In this document: positions 29,336 through 44,384 of the stretch, one piece after another
How the letters are laid out: the number at the start of each line of letters is the position of its first letter
How positions within the stretch are numbered: the stretch's first letter is position 1
Origin: Octopus vulgaris
Taxonomy: Eukaryota
DNA: 64,000 bases
Direction of reading: 5' to 3'
NCBI GenBank assembly: GCA_951406725.2
Contig: OX597842.1
Span: forward strand, 23,870,001-23,934,000
Translations under genes and position numbers: made by a program
Notes under the pieces: model-generated
What the model was told of the DNA's origin: nothing
The model's database searches: none
What the model saw: only the letters and a program-made list of their open reading frames with translations

Positions 29336-31479
29336 ATTCCCTGCTGTTGATTGACCCTCGTGGATATTACCGGTCACATCCGTTCAACAGATAAGATTAG
29401 CTGAGATTTAATTCGATAGACGTGATTGCTAATTAAGCATGTAGAGAAATCATCTACTGAATTCTTTATTACGCTAATCTTAAAAACATAACGTCTATAA
29501 TAAAACCTAGAATTTCTTACGAAGCTGTCATCGTCTACCTTGGCTTAAGTTCTCACTACCTGTACATACTGCGACCTCGTCCTTACCGGATCTAAATATT
29601 ATCTGCTTATTGTCCACAATGGATTGATTGTGACACCTTCCTCCTCTACATTAGGTCTATAAATAATACGTAAGTATTATATATATATCCTGCCATTGTC
29701 TGTCGTAGCTGAAGTTCTCATTTGGACATCCGTCTCTATAATAGATTTGTTATTAATGTATCAATATTGTTCACATCAACGATTCTTTTTATGTGTTCAG
29801 TAAGTTAACAGAAAGAAACTGAAGGAAATAGAGAAATGTAACGATAATAATTATTGTTATAATCTATATACGGAAGGGTCTCACCTAATGTAAAGTAAAT
29901 GTGAATTATCGATATTGGGTTAACTAAGAGGTTTATCTAAGCAAGATCAGAATTCCAGTCGAAGCAAAATTCTGGTTTAACCCCTCATAACTTCTTTACC
30001 TTTTAAATTTTCAGGAAATGTTTGTAAATTTGGGATCTTTTCGGTTTGAACGGAAGTTTTTTTAAAAGGATTTCCACGTAACTAAACACTTTTAAACTTC
30101 GTATACTGGTAGAATGTGTTTATAAAACATCTTTTTCTCTTGGCTGTATTGAGAAAATTCTATTCTTTGTAAGATATTTGTTGTTTCTTTCTTCAATTTC
30201 TGCAATTTCAATCTATCAATGACGTCTATTGAGGTGAAAACATTCTGTGCCGTATGAATATGTCCCTCGTTTAAGAAACAGATTGGGTTTATTTACATTC
30301 TTTACAAAAAGAAACCATTCCCGCCACCCCTAACCCTAAGACAGATTGAAGTGCAATAGATCGATACTAGGGTCATAATTATGGGTGACAATTTCATATG
30401 ACACCACTAGAAAATCTGCCATTGAAACTGAAAAGATCCGAGATGGAGCCTGAACAGCCCTTCAGTTGGTTACCTCCTATCAAACCATCCAACCCATGCC
30501 AGTGTGTAAAATGGACTTTAAATGATGACGGAGTGATAATTTTAAATTTGCATAGACATCTTGTAGTATGCCGTTCAAAGCCTTCTCACTGTATTTGGCT
30601 ATCTGATGTTATCGACAGTATGTATTTGAATGACACTGGATTTACTTGAGGATTTCCTTCATCATCGTTTAACGTCCGTTCTCCATGCTAGCATGGGTTG
30701 GATGGTTTGACCGGGGATCTGGGAAGCCAGAAGGCTGCACCAGGCTCCAGTCTTATCTGGCAGTGTTTCTACAGCTGGATGCCCTTCCTAACGCCAACCA
30801 CACTGAGTTTAGTGGGTGCTTTTTACGTGCCACCTGCACAGGTGCCAGGCGAGGCTGGCAACGGCCACGATCGGATTGGTGCTTTTTACATGCCACCGGC
30901 ACGGAAGCCAGTCTAGGCGGCACTGGCATCGGCCACATTCAGATGGTGCTTTTCCGTGCTCCCGGCTCAGGGATCACAACTGCAGTTTCCATTGAATTTG
31001 ATGTTGGTGTCCTTGACTCAATGGATCTCCTCAAGCACAGGGTCGAAATGGTGTTTCTTCACTTGCCACCTGCACAGGAGTCAGTCCACAAGAGTCAGTC
31101 CTGTCAGTAGAGTTTAAAAAAATGAGAGAAAGAGAAAGAAAATAGAATTTCCAAGACTAGTATTCACTATGATTGTTTCAACCCATCGTGCATCTGTGCC
31201 TTGCAGGTGAGATGCTGTACGAACAGTTGTGGTGTGTTCCTCGTTGCAGGTGTGTTTTTTGTCAGGTAACTTGTCAAAATTGCTTCATATTTTAATTTCT
31301 GTTTTGCTTAATTCAATTAGAATATATTTTGGTAGTTGGATTATTTGAAGCTTCTTTTAGTTTCCATCTACCAAATCCTTGCCCAAGGCTTTGATTGGCC
31401 ACTCTGGGACTGAACCCAGGACCATGTGGTTGGGAAGCCAACTTCTTACCACACAACCATCCCTGCACTTCTACAGCCA

Positions 31480-34400
31480 TGTCTATCTAAAAATGTAGTA
31501 AAACTTTCACTGTTTTAATCTCTCTAATTCCTAATTATCTTGTATGTTTTACACTGTTGTTTCTCTTTCGTTTCAGATTATCAGATGACCTCAGCATCAC
31601 AGGATTTTTATATAAACTACATCATTAGTATTGAACGTCTTACTCATAACACGTATAACCCTGTTTCTATAAATATATACTGAATTACTGCAAAATATAT
31701 CTTCTGAACTGTCATATGTAGCAAAATTTGTCTTTATTGTCTGGAATACACAGAAAATTATATTTGTATTTGAATTAATCCTTTAACATTTGAACTGGGC
31801 ATACCATTGCCAAATATTCTGCATATTCTATGTTAAAACTGCCCATGTCTGGCCTCTTACACTCACCCTGCAATGTCATATAAACATAAAGAATCACATC
31901 GTTGAAATCTTAAAGCAATAAGATAATGAATGATTAATTCAGTAGAATTTGAATAAATAATCATTACATTTGACAGTAATCTGAATGTTAATGAGTTAAA
32001 GCAATTAAGAAGACAGTTTGCAGCATCTTCAGATATTACCAAATATCACTTTTGATGGAGATATATCAGTAGAAATATTTGTTAAGAGCAATATACAAGA
32101 AGAAGGAAGACATTTGTGTACTGTGACGAGAGAAAGGAAAATTATGGAAAATGAATTATATCGGAGTGAAGTTGAATGTAAAAGAGAGTCTGAAGAAATT
32201 GATTTTTCTGGAGAGGAGAAGAATGAAAAGGGCAAAGCATCGTATGATTGTGATATCTGTGGTAAATCCTTCCCTGAAAGTGGTCACGTAATTATTCACA
32301 AACGTATTCATACTGGAGAGAAGCCATATCACTGTGATATCTGTGGTAAATCATTTTCTCGAAATGGTAACTTAACTATTCACAAACGCATTCATACAGG
32401 AGAGAAGCCATATCATTGCGACATCTGTGGTAAATCATTTTCTCAAAAAATTAGTTTGACTGACCACACACGTATTCATACTGGTGAAAAACCATATCGC
32501 TGTGATATCTGTGGTAAATCATTTTCTGAAACTGGTAACTTAACTAAGCACAAGCGTATTCATACAGGAGAGAAGCCATATCATTGCGACATCTGTGGTA
32601 AATCATTTTCTCAAACTAGTACCTTGACTGGTCACAAACGCATTCATACAGGAGAGAAGCCATATCACTGTGATATTTGTGGTAAATCATTCTCTGAAAA
32701 TGGTAACTTAACTCGGCACAAGCATGTTCATACAGGAAAAAAGCCATATCACTGTGATATCTGTGGTAAATCATTTTCTCAAAAAATTAGTTTGACTGAC
32801 CACAAACGTATTCATACTGGGGAAAAACCATATCACTGTGATATCTGTGGTAAATCATTTTCTGTAAATGGTAGCTTAACTCAGCACAAGCATGTTCATA
32901 CAGGAAAAAAGCCATATCACTGTGATATCTGTGGTAAATCATTTTCTCAAAAAATTAGTTTGACTGACCACAAACGTATTCATACTGGGGAAAAACCATA
33001 TCACTGTGATATCTGTGGTAAATCATTTTCTGTAAATGGTAACTTAACTCAGCACAAACGCATTCATACAGGAGAGAAGCCATATCACTGTGATATCTGT
33101 GGTAAATCATTTTCTCAAAAAATTAATTTGACTATCCATAAACGTATTCATACTGGGGAAAAACCATATCACTGTGATATCTGTAGTAAATCATTTTCTG
33201 AAAATGGTAAATTAACTCAGCACAAGCGTATTCATACAGGAGAGAAGCCATATCACTGTGATATCTGTGGTAAATCATTTTCTCAAAGTGAAGATTTGAC
33301 TAGACACAAACGCATTCATACAGGAGAGAAGCCATATCATTGTGATATCTGCGGTAAATCATTTTCTGAAAATGGTCACTTAACTCGGCACAAACGCATT
33401 CATACCGGAGAGAAGCCATATCATTGTGATATCTGCGGTAAATCATTTTCTCAAAGTAAAGATTTGACTAGTCACAAACGCATTCATACAGGAGAGAAGC
33501 CATATCATTGTGATATCTGTGGTAAATCATTTTCTCAAAGTAAAGATTTGACTAGTCACAAACGCATTCATACAGGAGAGAAGCCATATCATTGTGATAT
33601 CTGTGGTAAATCATTTTCTCAAACCTGTACCTTGACTGCTCACAAACGCATTCATACAGGAGAGAAGCCATATCATTGTGATATCTTTGGTAAATCATTT
33701 TCTCAAAGGGGAACCTTGACTAAACACAAACGCATTCATACAAAAGAAGTCACATCACTGTAATACCTGTGGTAAATCATTTTCCAAAAACAGCACTTTG
33801 TCTAGTCTCAAATGTTTTCATACATGAGAGAAGCCATATCATTGAAACATGTGGCAAATCATTTGCTTATAGAAGCAGCGTAACTACTTCCTTAAACCTT
33901 CATGAGAGACAAACCATACCAGTCATCTGTCATCATTGTTCTCCATATCCACATTTGCCAATCTCTCATTGGTGAGATGATATTTATTGAGGTGAATTTT
34001 CACTGTCCAGATGTCCTTCCTGTGGCCAACCTTCACCTGTTTCAAACTAAAATATTTCCCCGTGACCTGACATGTCTTTGTGGCAGATTGGCGATGGACA
34101 TTGCTTGCATGGCAGTGACACCAACAACAATCACACAGTCTCAAGGCAAGGATATAATAACACACACACACACACATTCATAAGCCCCTCACACTTCTAT
34201 GAAACATCCCCCTCTATCCTCTGTACCACTAATATTCCCCCACCACCACTACCTTTTGTGTATGTCCTCATACATCTCCATCACCATCCATTTCTCTCTA
34301 TATATCTATCATTCTCTCCTTTCTTTTCCTACTGGAATCGTCAGGTTTCTCATCTATAGTAAGACACTCGTCTCTCTCCTGCCGTTATACATCAACCTCC

Positions 34401-37400
34401 CAACTGACAAAAAGCCATGCCCCTCGCTTCCACTCCCTCTGACAACCGAGTGGATCTTTATCTTGCGAGTTACTTGGTGATCCCCAATGATGCTGGTGTC
34501 ACATAAAAAGGACCTAATGCACTCACTAAATGGGTCGGCATTAGGAAGAGCCTCCAGCCATGGGAACCTTGCCAATGCAGACAATGGACCCCCAGGACTT
34601 ATTCTTTCTACACCTTGTACTTATTCTATCTGTCCCTTTACCAAACTGCTTAACACACCAGCATCGGTTATCAAGCGATATTGGGGGACAAGCACAGGCG
34701 CAGGAGTGGCTGTGTGGTAGGTAGCTTGCTAACCAACCACATGGTTCCGGGTTCAGTCCCACTGCGTGGCATCTTGGGCAGGTGTCTTCTACTATAGCCC
34801 CGGGCCGACTAATGCCTTGTGAGTGGATTTGGTAGATGGAAACTGAAAGAAGCCTGTCGTATATATGTATATATATATATATGCGTGTTTGTTTGTGTGT
34901 CTGTGTTTGTCCCCCTAGCATTGCTTGACAACCGATGCCGGTGTGTTTACGTCCCCATCACATAGCGGTTCGGCAAATAAGTGCCGGGGTTGATTTGCTC
35001 GACTAAAGGCGGTGCTCCAGCATGGTCGCAGTTAAATGACTGAAACAAGTAAAAGAGAAAAGAGAGAGAGATATACATACACATACCAATCTACACATAA
35101 CAGGCTTCATTTAGTTTCCACCCACCAAATCCACTCACAGGGCTTTGGTCGGCTCGAGGTTATTATAGAAGACACTTACCCAAGGTGTCCATGCTTGGCA
35201 TGGGTTGTACATTTTGACCAGGGCTGGAAGGCTGCATCTTATTCCTGTCTGATTTCGCATGGTTTCTACGGCTGGATGCTCTTCCTTTCACCAACCACTC
35301 TGAGAGTGTAATGGGTGCTCAACAATGGAATGAAGAGTTAAAGAATGCAGATGTCTGAAATGTGGAATATTATTGAAAGTACTGGAAGGTTCGGAATTCC
35401 ATTTTAAACAAGGACAGAGATTCATAATTGAGACTGATTTCACTTGTGCATCCAAAAATTTAATTTGTGCAATAACTAGTTCAGGATGTGAACACACAAC
35501 AATAGAAAGAGCAAGGATTCCCCTCAAACAAAGAACAACACTTCATAAGGTATAGATTCATTCCCCAAGATATTGACATTGTTTTATGAGTTTTATTTTT
35601 CAAGCACAACATCCAAATTTTGAAAGTTTCTACTACCATAACAAATGCATCTGTGTCTTACCAAGAAGTTTATAAAGAGCAAAGGAATGCTTCTCAGTAA
35701 ACAACTCTAGATTTGTTTCTTGTGAATCAGTGGTCACGTCTACAAATGATGGTGTCCCTGAGTCTTGTGAAAGTGATTCAGAAAACAATTATAATAATAA
35801 TATTTTGTCTATTCTAAATGATCTTGACATTGTTTTTGACTTTGCATAAAATATTCTTTACATTCTACTGTTGTTTTATTGTCATTTATTTACAAGTATT
35901 ATAAATTTTATTGGTAAAATATTTTTCTGGGAATGAATTACAATTTATAACATTGCTTCTATGGGAAATTATTGCTTTGCTTTATGAGTTTTCACTTTAG
36001 GAGCAATCTCCAGGAAGAAATTAACTCATATATCAAGGCATTATTGTATCTGACATTATTTTGGCACAAGGCCAGCAATTTCAGGGGAAGGAGTAAGTTG
36101 AATAACCACATGGATCAGCATGTGTGCCTTTTACAGGGACCAGCTGAGATCCCCTTCGGTCATGACTGACTATGGGATTGCACCTAGAAAGTTACCCTCC
36201 CAGGCACAAGTCCGGGCAAGGTTGTTTATGGAAGACTAGCAGTCGCCCATGCATACCGGCCTCTCCTCTCCACGCCACCAGTGTTATCCAAGGGAAAGGC
36301 AAAGGGGCCGATACAGCTTGGCACCTGTGACGTCACAACTCATTTCTACAGCTGAGTGAACTGGAGCAACATGAAATAAAGTGTCTTGCTTAATAACACA
36401 ACACGTAGCCCGGTCCGGGATTCGCACTCACAACCTCACATTCATAAGCCCAATGCTCTAACCACTGACACATACGCCTTCACTGGGACCAGCACCATAT
36501 ATATATATATATATATATATGTATATGGTGCTGGTCAATGGAGAAGTTCTTAAGAGAAAATGTTGCTAGAAGCTAGGATCACCAAACATAGATTGGCATA
36601 TTTTGGTCATACTATGCGGAGAAAATCCCTGGAGAAGGACATCATGCTTGGAATGGTCAGTGGCAAGAGAGGAAGAGGCCGACCAAGAGCCCACTGGCTT
36701 GACACCATCAAGAGTGATACTGGAATGGACATAGCCAATCTGAAAGAAGTGGCCCAGGATAGAACTGACTGGAGGACACTGATCCAACGAGTGACCGAGA
36801 GTCAACTTTGACTGAGCGGATATATAAATATATATGTATATGTATGTGTGTGAAGCTATGTGCCTTCACATATATGTGTGAAGCTATATGCCTTCACATA
36901 TATATGTGAAGGTACATGGCTCAGTGGTTAGAGCATTGGGCCCACAATTGTGAGGTAGTGAGTTCAATTCTCATGCCAGGCTGTGTAGTGTTTTTGAGCA
37001 AAATATGTTGTTTCACTTTCATTTTCAAAGAGTACTCATTTGTTTTTTGTTTTTTTATTTTATATATTATATTAATTAGTTTTATTCCTATGTTTTGGTT
37101 TATGTTTTTCACTGTTTGATTTGCCTAATTGTGGTTTTATCTCTAATTTAATTTATATTTATACTGTAAAATTAGATTTAATGCTAAATCTAATTTTTCC
37201 CTGTAAGATGGATTTATTTTGGCACAAGGCCAGCAATTTCAGGGGAAGGAGTAAGTTGAATAATACCACATGGATCAGCATGTGTGCTCTTTACATGAAC
37301 TAGGACAGGGACCAGCTGAGATCCCCTTCGGTCATGATTGACTATGGGATTGCACCTAGAAAGTTACCCTCCCAGGCATAAGTCCAGGCAAGGTTGTTTA

Positions 37401-37720
37401 TGGAAGACTAGCAGTCGCCCATGCATACCGGCCTCTCCTCTCCACGCCACCAGTGTTATCCAAGGGAAAGGCAAAGGGGCCGATACAGCTTGGCATCAGT
37501 GATGTCACAACTCATTTCTACAGTTGAGTGAACTAGAGCAATGTGAAATAAAGTGTCTTGCTTAATAACACAACACGTAGCCCGGTCCGGGATTCGCACT
37601 CACAACCTCACATTCATAAGCCCAATGCTCTAACCACTGACATATATATATACATGTATATATATATGTATATATATATACATATACATACATATATATA
37701 TATACACACATATGTATATA

Positions 37721-37760
<40 letters not shown>

Positions 37761-39430
37761 TATATATAAGAATTGTTTGTGTAAGGCTGTGTAGATATTA
37801 GAACGTTTATAGACCTTCTATCTATAAATGTTCTCATATCTACACAGCCTTGGTTCTTTATCTCATTACGCAAAATATTGTTATATACACACGCTGACAT
37901 GTGACCAATGTTGAAACCCCTTCGAAAAATTACCGAACCTGGAACTTAACTATGGTGTCTATAGCACTTCTTCAACATTACCTGATACCTTTGGGTCTCA
38001 ATGACACCATTACCTATTATAACCTATGTATATATATATGTACGCCATAAAAACACATGTAATTTGCACACCTGTGTAGTTTACACAGGTAATTTACTGG
38101 ATAAAAACTGTTAAAAAGAAACTTCTACTCGTGTAAAATTCACACCCAATTGTTGGCCAGAGGGAAAAGGTTTTCAATTTAGTTGTATTTAGCATAATTT
38201 CACTTACTCATGATTAGATTTTATTAAATTTTCCCTAATTAAAAATAATTTCTGTTTAACAGGTATCACATTGAAAGTTATTAAATTATGAAGTGTTTGT
38301 GTTGTTTATAATAAACTTTATTTTACACTATCACTATGACCCAGCAACACCAGGTCATAGTGCTAGTGCATGCATATACAGCTGCGTGTGTGCGCACATA
38401 CACGCGAGTACTGTCCAAATCTCCGACCAATCACATACAGCTAGCTGTGGAGGCACATGGCCTAGTGGTTAGAGCAGCGGACTTGCGGTCGAGGGATGGC
38501 GGGTTCAAATCTCAGACCGGGCGATGTGTGTTTATGAGCGAAACACCTAAACTCCACACAGCTCCGGCAGAAGGTAATGGTGAAACTTCTGCTGACTCTC
38601 TCTCTCACTCTTTCCTCCTGCATCTTGCAGCTCACCTGAGATGGACTGGCATCCTGTCCTGGTGGGGAACCTATACACCAAGACACCGGCCCTTATAAGA
38701 CAGGCATGGCTCAAGAAGGAACAACCATACAGCTCACTGCCATTCAATTGGCGTATCAAGTTTTGGGCATTTTGATTGGGTTTTGGATAGAAAATTCACA
38801 AAAAGTCACTTCTATTGATTTTTTAATGGCTTTGTGGGGTGGCTGGGGAAATGTAAAGATGTGCACGACCACCCTCGGACGGTTTTGAATGACCATAGAA
38901 AGTGCAAGCCCTCTAACTGAAAAATTGTGGATTTGTATAAAGAACACACACACAGACAGACATCTTGCCGTTTATATATATAGAGATTCTTTATTAACAA
39001 ATTCAAGTATACTATAAAATTTCCAGTAATGAAGTTGTCTCAGAGTGAATATTTTTACAGATGATGACAAATTTGAGGTTCACCTTGACAATATTGAAGT
39101 TGAAAAAAGATGAAGGGAAAAAACATCGTGTTTTAGCAGACAAAATAGTTTTAATTGTCATGTAAAAAATCTTCACATAGGTGCAGGAATGGCTGTGTGG
39201 TAAGTAGCTTGCTTACTAACCACATGGTTCTGGGTTCAGTCCCACTGTTAGGCACCTTGGGGAAGTGCCTTCTACTATAGCCTTGTGAGTGGATTTAGTA
39301 GATGGAAATTGAAAGAAGCCCGTTGTATATATGTGTATATATATATGTATATGTATGTGTGTGCGAGCCCTCTAACTGAAAAATTGTGGATTTGTATAAA
39401 GGACACACACAGAAACATTTTGCCGTTTAT
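31480..39430 (+). repeat. ~8-kb ZNF duplication unit, homologous to ~3610-10520 (direct) and ~20500-27680 (inverted)
   Basis: Same order of acceptor, MITE, ZNF, 3' UTR, SINE, PLE relic, RTE relic and Helitron. Confidence 0.9.
32144..33763 (+). CDS. C2H2 zinc-finger protein, 18 fingers (the last has Cys to Phe), 539 aa (copy 4)
   Basis: Intact ORF from ATG 32144, with the same leader and TKEVTSL tail as the paralogs. Confidence 0.92.
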   Translation: MENELYRSEVECKRESEEIDFSGEEKNEKGKASYDCDICGKSFPESGHVIIHKRIHTGEKPYHCDICGKSFSRNGNLTIHKRIHTGEKPYHCDICGKSFSQKISLTDHTRIHTGEKPYRCDICGKSFSETGNLTKHKRIHTGEKPYHCDICGKSFSQTSTLTGHKRIHTGEKPYHCDICGKSFSENGNLTRHKHVHTGKKPYHCDICGKSFSQKISLTDHKRIHTGEKPYHCDICGKSFSVNGSLTQHKHVHTGKKPYHCDICGKSFSQKISLTDHKRIHTGEKPYHCDICGKSFSVNGNLTQHKRIHTGEKPYHCDICGKSFSQKINLTIHKRIHTGEKPYHCDICSKSFSENGKLTQHKRIHTGEKPYHCDICGKSFSQSEDLTRHKRIHTGEKPYHCDICGKSFSENGHLTRHKRIHTGEKPYHCDICGKSFSQSKDLTSHKRIHTGEKPYHCDICGKSFSQSKDLTSHKRIHTGEKPYHCDICGKSFSQTCTLTAHKRIHTGEKPYHCDIFGKSFSQRGTLTKHKRIHTKEVTSL

Positions 39431-39529
39431 ATAAAGAGCACTGTATACAATAATTTCATTATTATTATTATTATAAGCGTAATGTACAAATCAATACTGA
39501 GGATTAACTAGACTGTAATTAACGGGAAA

Positions 39530-40461
39530 CATGGCTATTTAAGCTCATAAAATATTTATACCAAAATGATTTTTGGAAAGATAGAAAATATACTTATGAC
39601 AAACAAATCAGTATTGATTTTATATCGATTAGATCCAAGGTCTCTTTACTCTGTCTTTTTATTTGTTTCAGTCATTTGACTGCGGCCATGCTGGAGCACC
39701 GCCTTTAATCGAGCAAATCGACCCCGGGACTTATTCTTTGTAAGCCCAGTACTTATTCTATCGGTCTCTTTTGCCAAACCGCTAAGTTTACTCTTTTTAC
39801 TTGTTTCAGCCATTTGACTGCGGCCATGCTGGAGCACAGCCTTTAATCGAGCAAATCGACCCCGGGACTTATTCTTTGTAAGCCCAGTACTTATTCTATC
39901 GGTCTCTTTTGCCAAACCGCTAAGTTTACTCTTTTTACTTGTTTCAGCCATTTGACTGCGGCCATGCTGGAGCACAGCCTTTAATCGAGCAAATCGACCC
40001 CGGGACTTATTCTTTTGTAAGCCCAGTACTTATTCTATCGGTCTCTTTTGCCAAACCGCTAAGTTTACTCTTTTTACTTGTTTCAGCCATTTGACTGCGG
40101 CCATGCTGGAGCACCGCCTTTAATCGAGCAAATCGACCCCGGGACTTATTCTTTGTAAGCCCAGTACTTATTCTATCGGTCTGTTTTGCCGCACCACTAA
40201 GTAACGGGGACATAAACACACCAGCATCGGTTGTCAAGCAATGCTAGGGGAACAAACACAGACACACAAGCACACACACATACATATATATACATATATA
40301 CGACGGGCTTCTTTCAGTTTCCGTCTACCATATCCACTCACAAGGCATTGGTCGGCCCGAGGCTATATTAGAAGACACTTGGCCAAGGTGCCACGCAGTG
40401 GGACTGAACCTGGAACCATGTGGTTGGTAAGCAGGCTACTTACCACACAGCCACTGCTGCG

Positions 40462-40506
<45 letters not shown>

Positions 40507-40850
40507 GACAGGCTTCTTTCAGTTTCTGTCTACCAAATCCACTCACAAGGCTTTGGTCGGCCCGAGGCTATAGTAGAAGACACTTGCCCAAGGTGCCATG
40601 CAGTGGGACTGAACCTGGAACCATGTTGTTGGTAAACAAGCTACTTACCACACAGCCACTCCTTTCTTTTTTTGGCAAACAGCAGCGGAAAATTATTAAT
40701 ATTTCCAATTTATTCCTTCAAAATAAATTAAACAGTTTTCTTTTCTTTAATTAAAGAGCCTTTTTCCTATCCTTAATATTTATCCCATTTTGGGAGTTTA
40801 TCAACGGTGTGTCAGATTATTCATTTTGATGGGTAAACAACATTTCATAT
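39530..40850 (+). repeat. Local direct duplication of ~46965-48140; third SINE-free copy at ~49160-49460
   Basis: Shared unique flanks tttttggaaagatagaaaatatacttatgac...caaggtc and gcaaacagcagcgg...tgggagttt. Confidence 0.85.
39655..40200 (-). repeat. 4 tandem ~138-bp units of the SINE-A 3' half
   Basis: Repeating tttgactgcggccatgctggagcac...ccgctaagtttactc. Confidence 0.9.
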
Positions 40851-41368
40851 ATTTATGTGTGTATGTGTGTGTATACACACACATCTCTGTTTATTTTCTT
40901 TGATTTCTTTCTGTAGGAGGTGCAATGGCCCAGTGGTTAGGCTAGCAGACTCGCGGTCGTAGGATCGCGGTTTCGATTCCCAGACCGGGCATTGTGAGTG
41001 TTTATTGAGTGAAAACACCTAAAGTTCCATGAGGCTCCAGCAGGGGGTAGTGGTGAACCCTGCTATACTCTTTTGCCACAATTTTCTCTCACACTTTCTT
41101 CCTGTTTCTGTTGTGCCTGTATTTCAAAGGGGCCTGCCCTGTCACACGCTGTGTCACGCTGAATCTCCCCGAGAACTATTTTAAGGGTACATGTGTAGGC
41201 GCAGGAGAGGCTGTGTGGTAAGTAGCTTGCTAACCAACCACATGGTTCCGGGTTCAGTCCCACTGCGTGGCATCTTGGGCAAGTGTCTTCTGCTATAGCC
41301 TCGAGCCGACCAAAGCCTTGTGCGTGGATTTGGTAGACGGAAACTGAAAGAAGCCTGTCGTATATATT

Positions 41369-41399
<31 letters not shown>

Positions 41400-44384
41400 A
41401 TGTGTTTGTCTCCCCCCCCCCCAGCATTGCTTGACAACCGATGCTGGTGTGTTTACGTCCCCGTCACTTAGCAGTTTGGCAAAAGAGACCGATAGAATAA
41501 GTACTGGGCTTACACAGAATAAGTCCTGGGGGCGATTTGCTCGACTAAAGGCGGTGCTCCAGCATGGCCGCAGTCAAATGACTGAACCAAGTAAAAGAGT
41601 AAAGAGAGTGTCTGTGAAATGCTTGGGCACTTGCACATTAATAAATGAGCCACAACGTCACAGGTGCCAAGCTGTATCGGCCCCTTTGCCTTTCCCTTGG
41701 ATAACACCAGTGGCGTGGAGAGCAGAGGCCGGTATGCATGGGCGACTGCTGGTCTTCCATAAACAACCTTGCCTGGACTTGTGCCTGGGAGGGTAACTTT
41801 CTAGGTGCAATCCCCTGGCCAGTCATGACTGAAAAGGGTCACAAATTCCTTTCTGTTAAAGAGCATAGGCTCGAAACATAAAAAAACCTTTTCATTTTTC
41901 CGAGAGTCAAACTATATAATTGCCCGTTGTTCATACACCTGTCTTCGTCCTTTGTTTTTCTATAAATTTCAACTAATATTTATATATATACATACATATA
42001 TATATGTATATCATCATCATCATCATCGTTTAGCAACAGCTTTCCATGCTAGCATGGGTTGGACAGTATATATATATATATATATTCTTTTATTCTTTTA
42101 CTTGTTTCAGTCATTTGACTGTGGCCATGCTGGAGCACTGCCATTAGTCAAGCAAATCAACCCCAGGACTTATTCTTTGTAAGCCTAGTACTTATTCTAT
42201 CGGTCTCTTTTGCTGAACCACTAGGTTACGGTGACATAAACACACCAGCATCGGCTGTCAAGCAATGCTGGGGGGACAAACACAGACACACACACACATA
42301 CATACATATATATATATATACATAATACACATAATATATATATATATATCCCTCTCTCTCTTTGGGAGAGGCACAAGCACCTACACGCACATATGCACAC
42401 ACGGCAGTAACTTCCACCTACCGAATTCAATCACAAAGCTCCGGTCAGCTCGGGGCTATAGTGGAAGACACCTACCCAAAGTGCCACGCAGTGGGACTGA
42501 ACCCGAAACCATGTAGCTAGGAAGCATACACACATAGATATAAGACGGGCTTCTTTCAGTTTCCGTCTACCAAATCCAAATTCCTAACACCAACATTCAC
42601 CAGCATTTCACAGACACGTGTAACCCCTATGAGAGCGTAGTGGCTGCTATTATGTGTCACCGGGATGAGGGCCAGTCAGGCAGTACTCGCAACAACCATG
42701 CTCAAATGGTGTTTTTTACGTGCCACCTGCACAGGAGCCAGTCCAGCGACACTGGTACATAGTTATTTGTGTAGCAGTTTACTTTGTAAAACAGTAAGGG
42801 GAGAGGGTTGCTAGCACATCACCCTCTATCCACATTCTCCCCGTCCACATCTTTACCACATGGGGCCCTAACAAAATCTGATAATAGATATTCTTTATTC
42901 TTTTTTGTTTCTTTTACTTGTTTCAGTCATTTGACTGCGGCCATGCTGGAGCACCGCCTTTAGTCGAGCAAATCGACGCCGGCACTTATTCTTTGTAAGC
43001 CCAGTACTTATTCTATTGGTGTCTTTTGCCGAACCGCTAAGTGACGGGGACGTAAACACACCAGCATCGGTTGTCAAGCAATGCTAGGGGGACAAACACA
43101 GACACACAAACACACACATACATGCATATTTATATATATACATATATACGACGGGCTTCTTTCAGTTTCTGTCTACCAAATCCACTCACAAGGCATTGGT
43201 CGGCCCGGGGCTATAGCAGAAGACACTTGCCCAAGATGCCACGCAGTGGGGCTGAATCCGGAACCATGTGGTTGGTAAGCAGGCTACTTACCACACAGCC
43301 ATTCCTGCGCCTATATATATATATATACATATATACGACAGGCTTCTTTCAGTTTCTGTCTACCAAATCCACTCATAAGGCATTGGTTGGCCAGGGGCTA
43401 TAGCAGAAGACACTTGCCCAAGATGCCACGCAGTGGGACTGAACCCAGAACCATGTGGTTGGTAAGCAGGCTACTTATCACACGGCCAATCCTGCACCTA
43501 TGTATATATATACTTATATACAACGGGTTTCTTTCAGTTTCCGTCTACCAAATCCACTCACAAGGCATTGGTCGGCCCGGGGCTATAGCAGAAGACACTT
43601 GCCCAAGATGCCATGCAGTGGGACTGAATCCGGAACCATGTGGTTGGTAAGCAGGCTACTTACCACACAGCCACTCCTGCGCCTATAGATGCAAATCTAT
43701 CTAATTTACTTGTTACCTTCTAAAATCAGGCATTACTTGGCGATCGGTCAGCTTACAACACCGTTGTTCGTCGTGAGTTTTCTTGGGAGAATGTGTTTGT
43801 TAACTTTGCAACAAGGTCAAGGTGAGCTCTGATTGGATGCATGGGGTGTGTATAAAACATGAATCGGTTTGTTTTGAATACCGAAACGAAATTGTAACAT
43901 TGTACCAAACTTAATGGCAATTTAGGCCAGGCATTGTTTTTCTTTTTCTGAGTTCAGATTCGGCCGATGGAACTCTCATGGGAAAAATAATTTCATGTCT
44001 GGGAAACGAACGCACATTCTGACGATCACGAGCGCCAACCCTACCACTAAGCCAATCAGCTTCACTGATGAAAAAAATGATAAACATCGAGTTTTTTACT
44101 TCAAAATTCAATAAAATAGGCGCAGGAGTGGCTGTGTGGTAAGTAGCTTGCTAACCGACCACATGGTTCCGGGTTCAGTCCCACTGCGTGGCATCTCGGG
44201 CAAGTGTCTTCTGCTATAGCCCCGGGCCGACCAATGCCTTGTGAGTGGATTTGGTAGACGGAAACTGAAAGAAGCCTGTCGTATATATATATATATAAGT
44301 GTGTGTGTATATGTTTGTGTGTCTGTGTTTGTCCCCCTAGCATTGCTTGACAACCGATGCTGGTGTGTTTACGTCCCCGTCACT

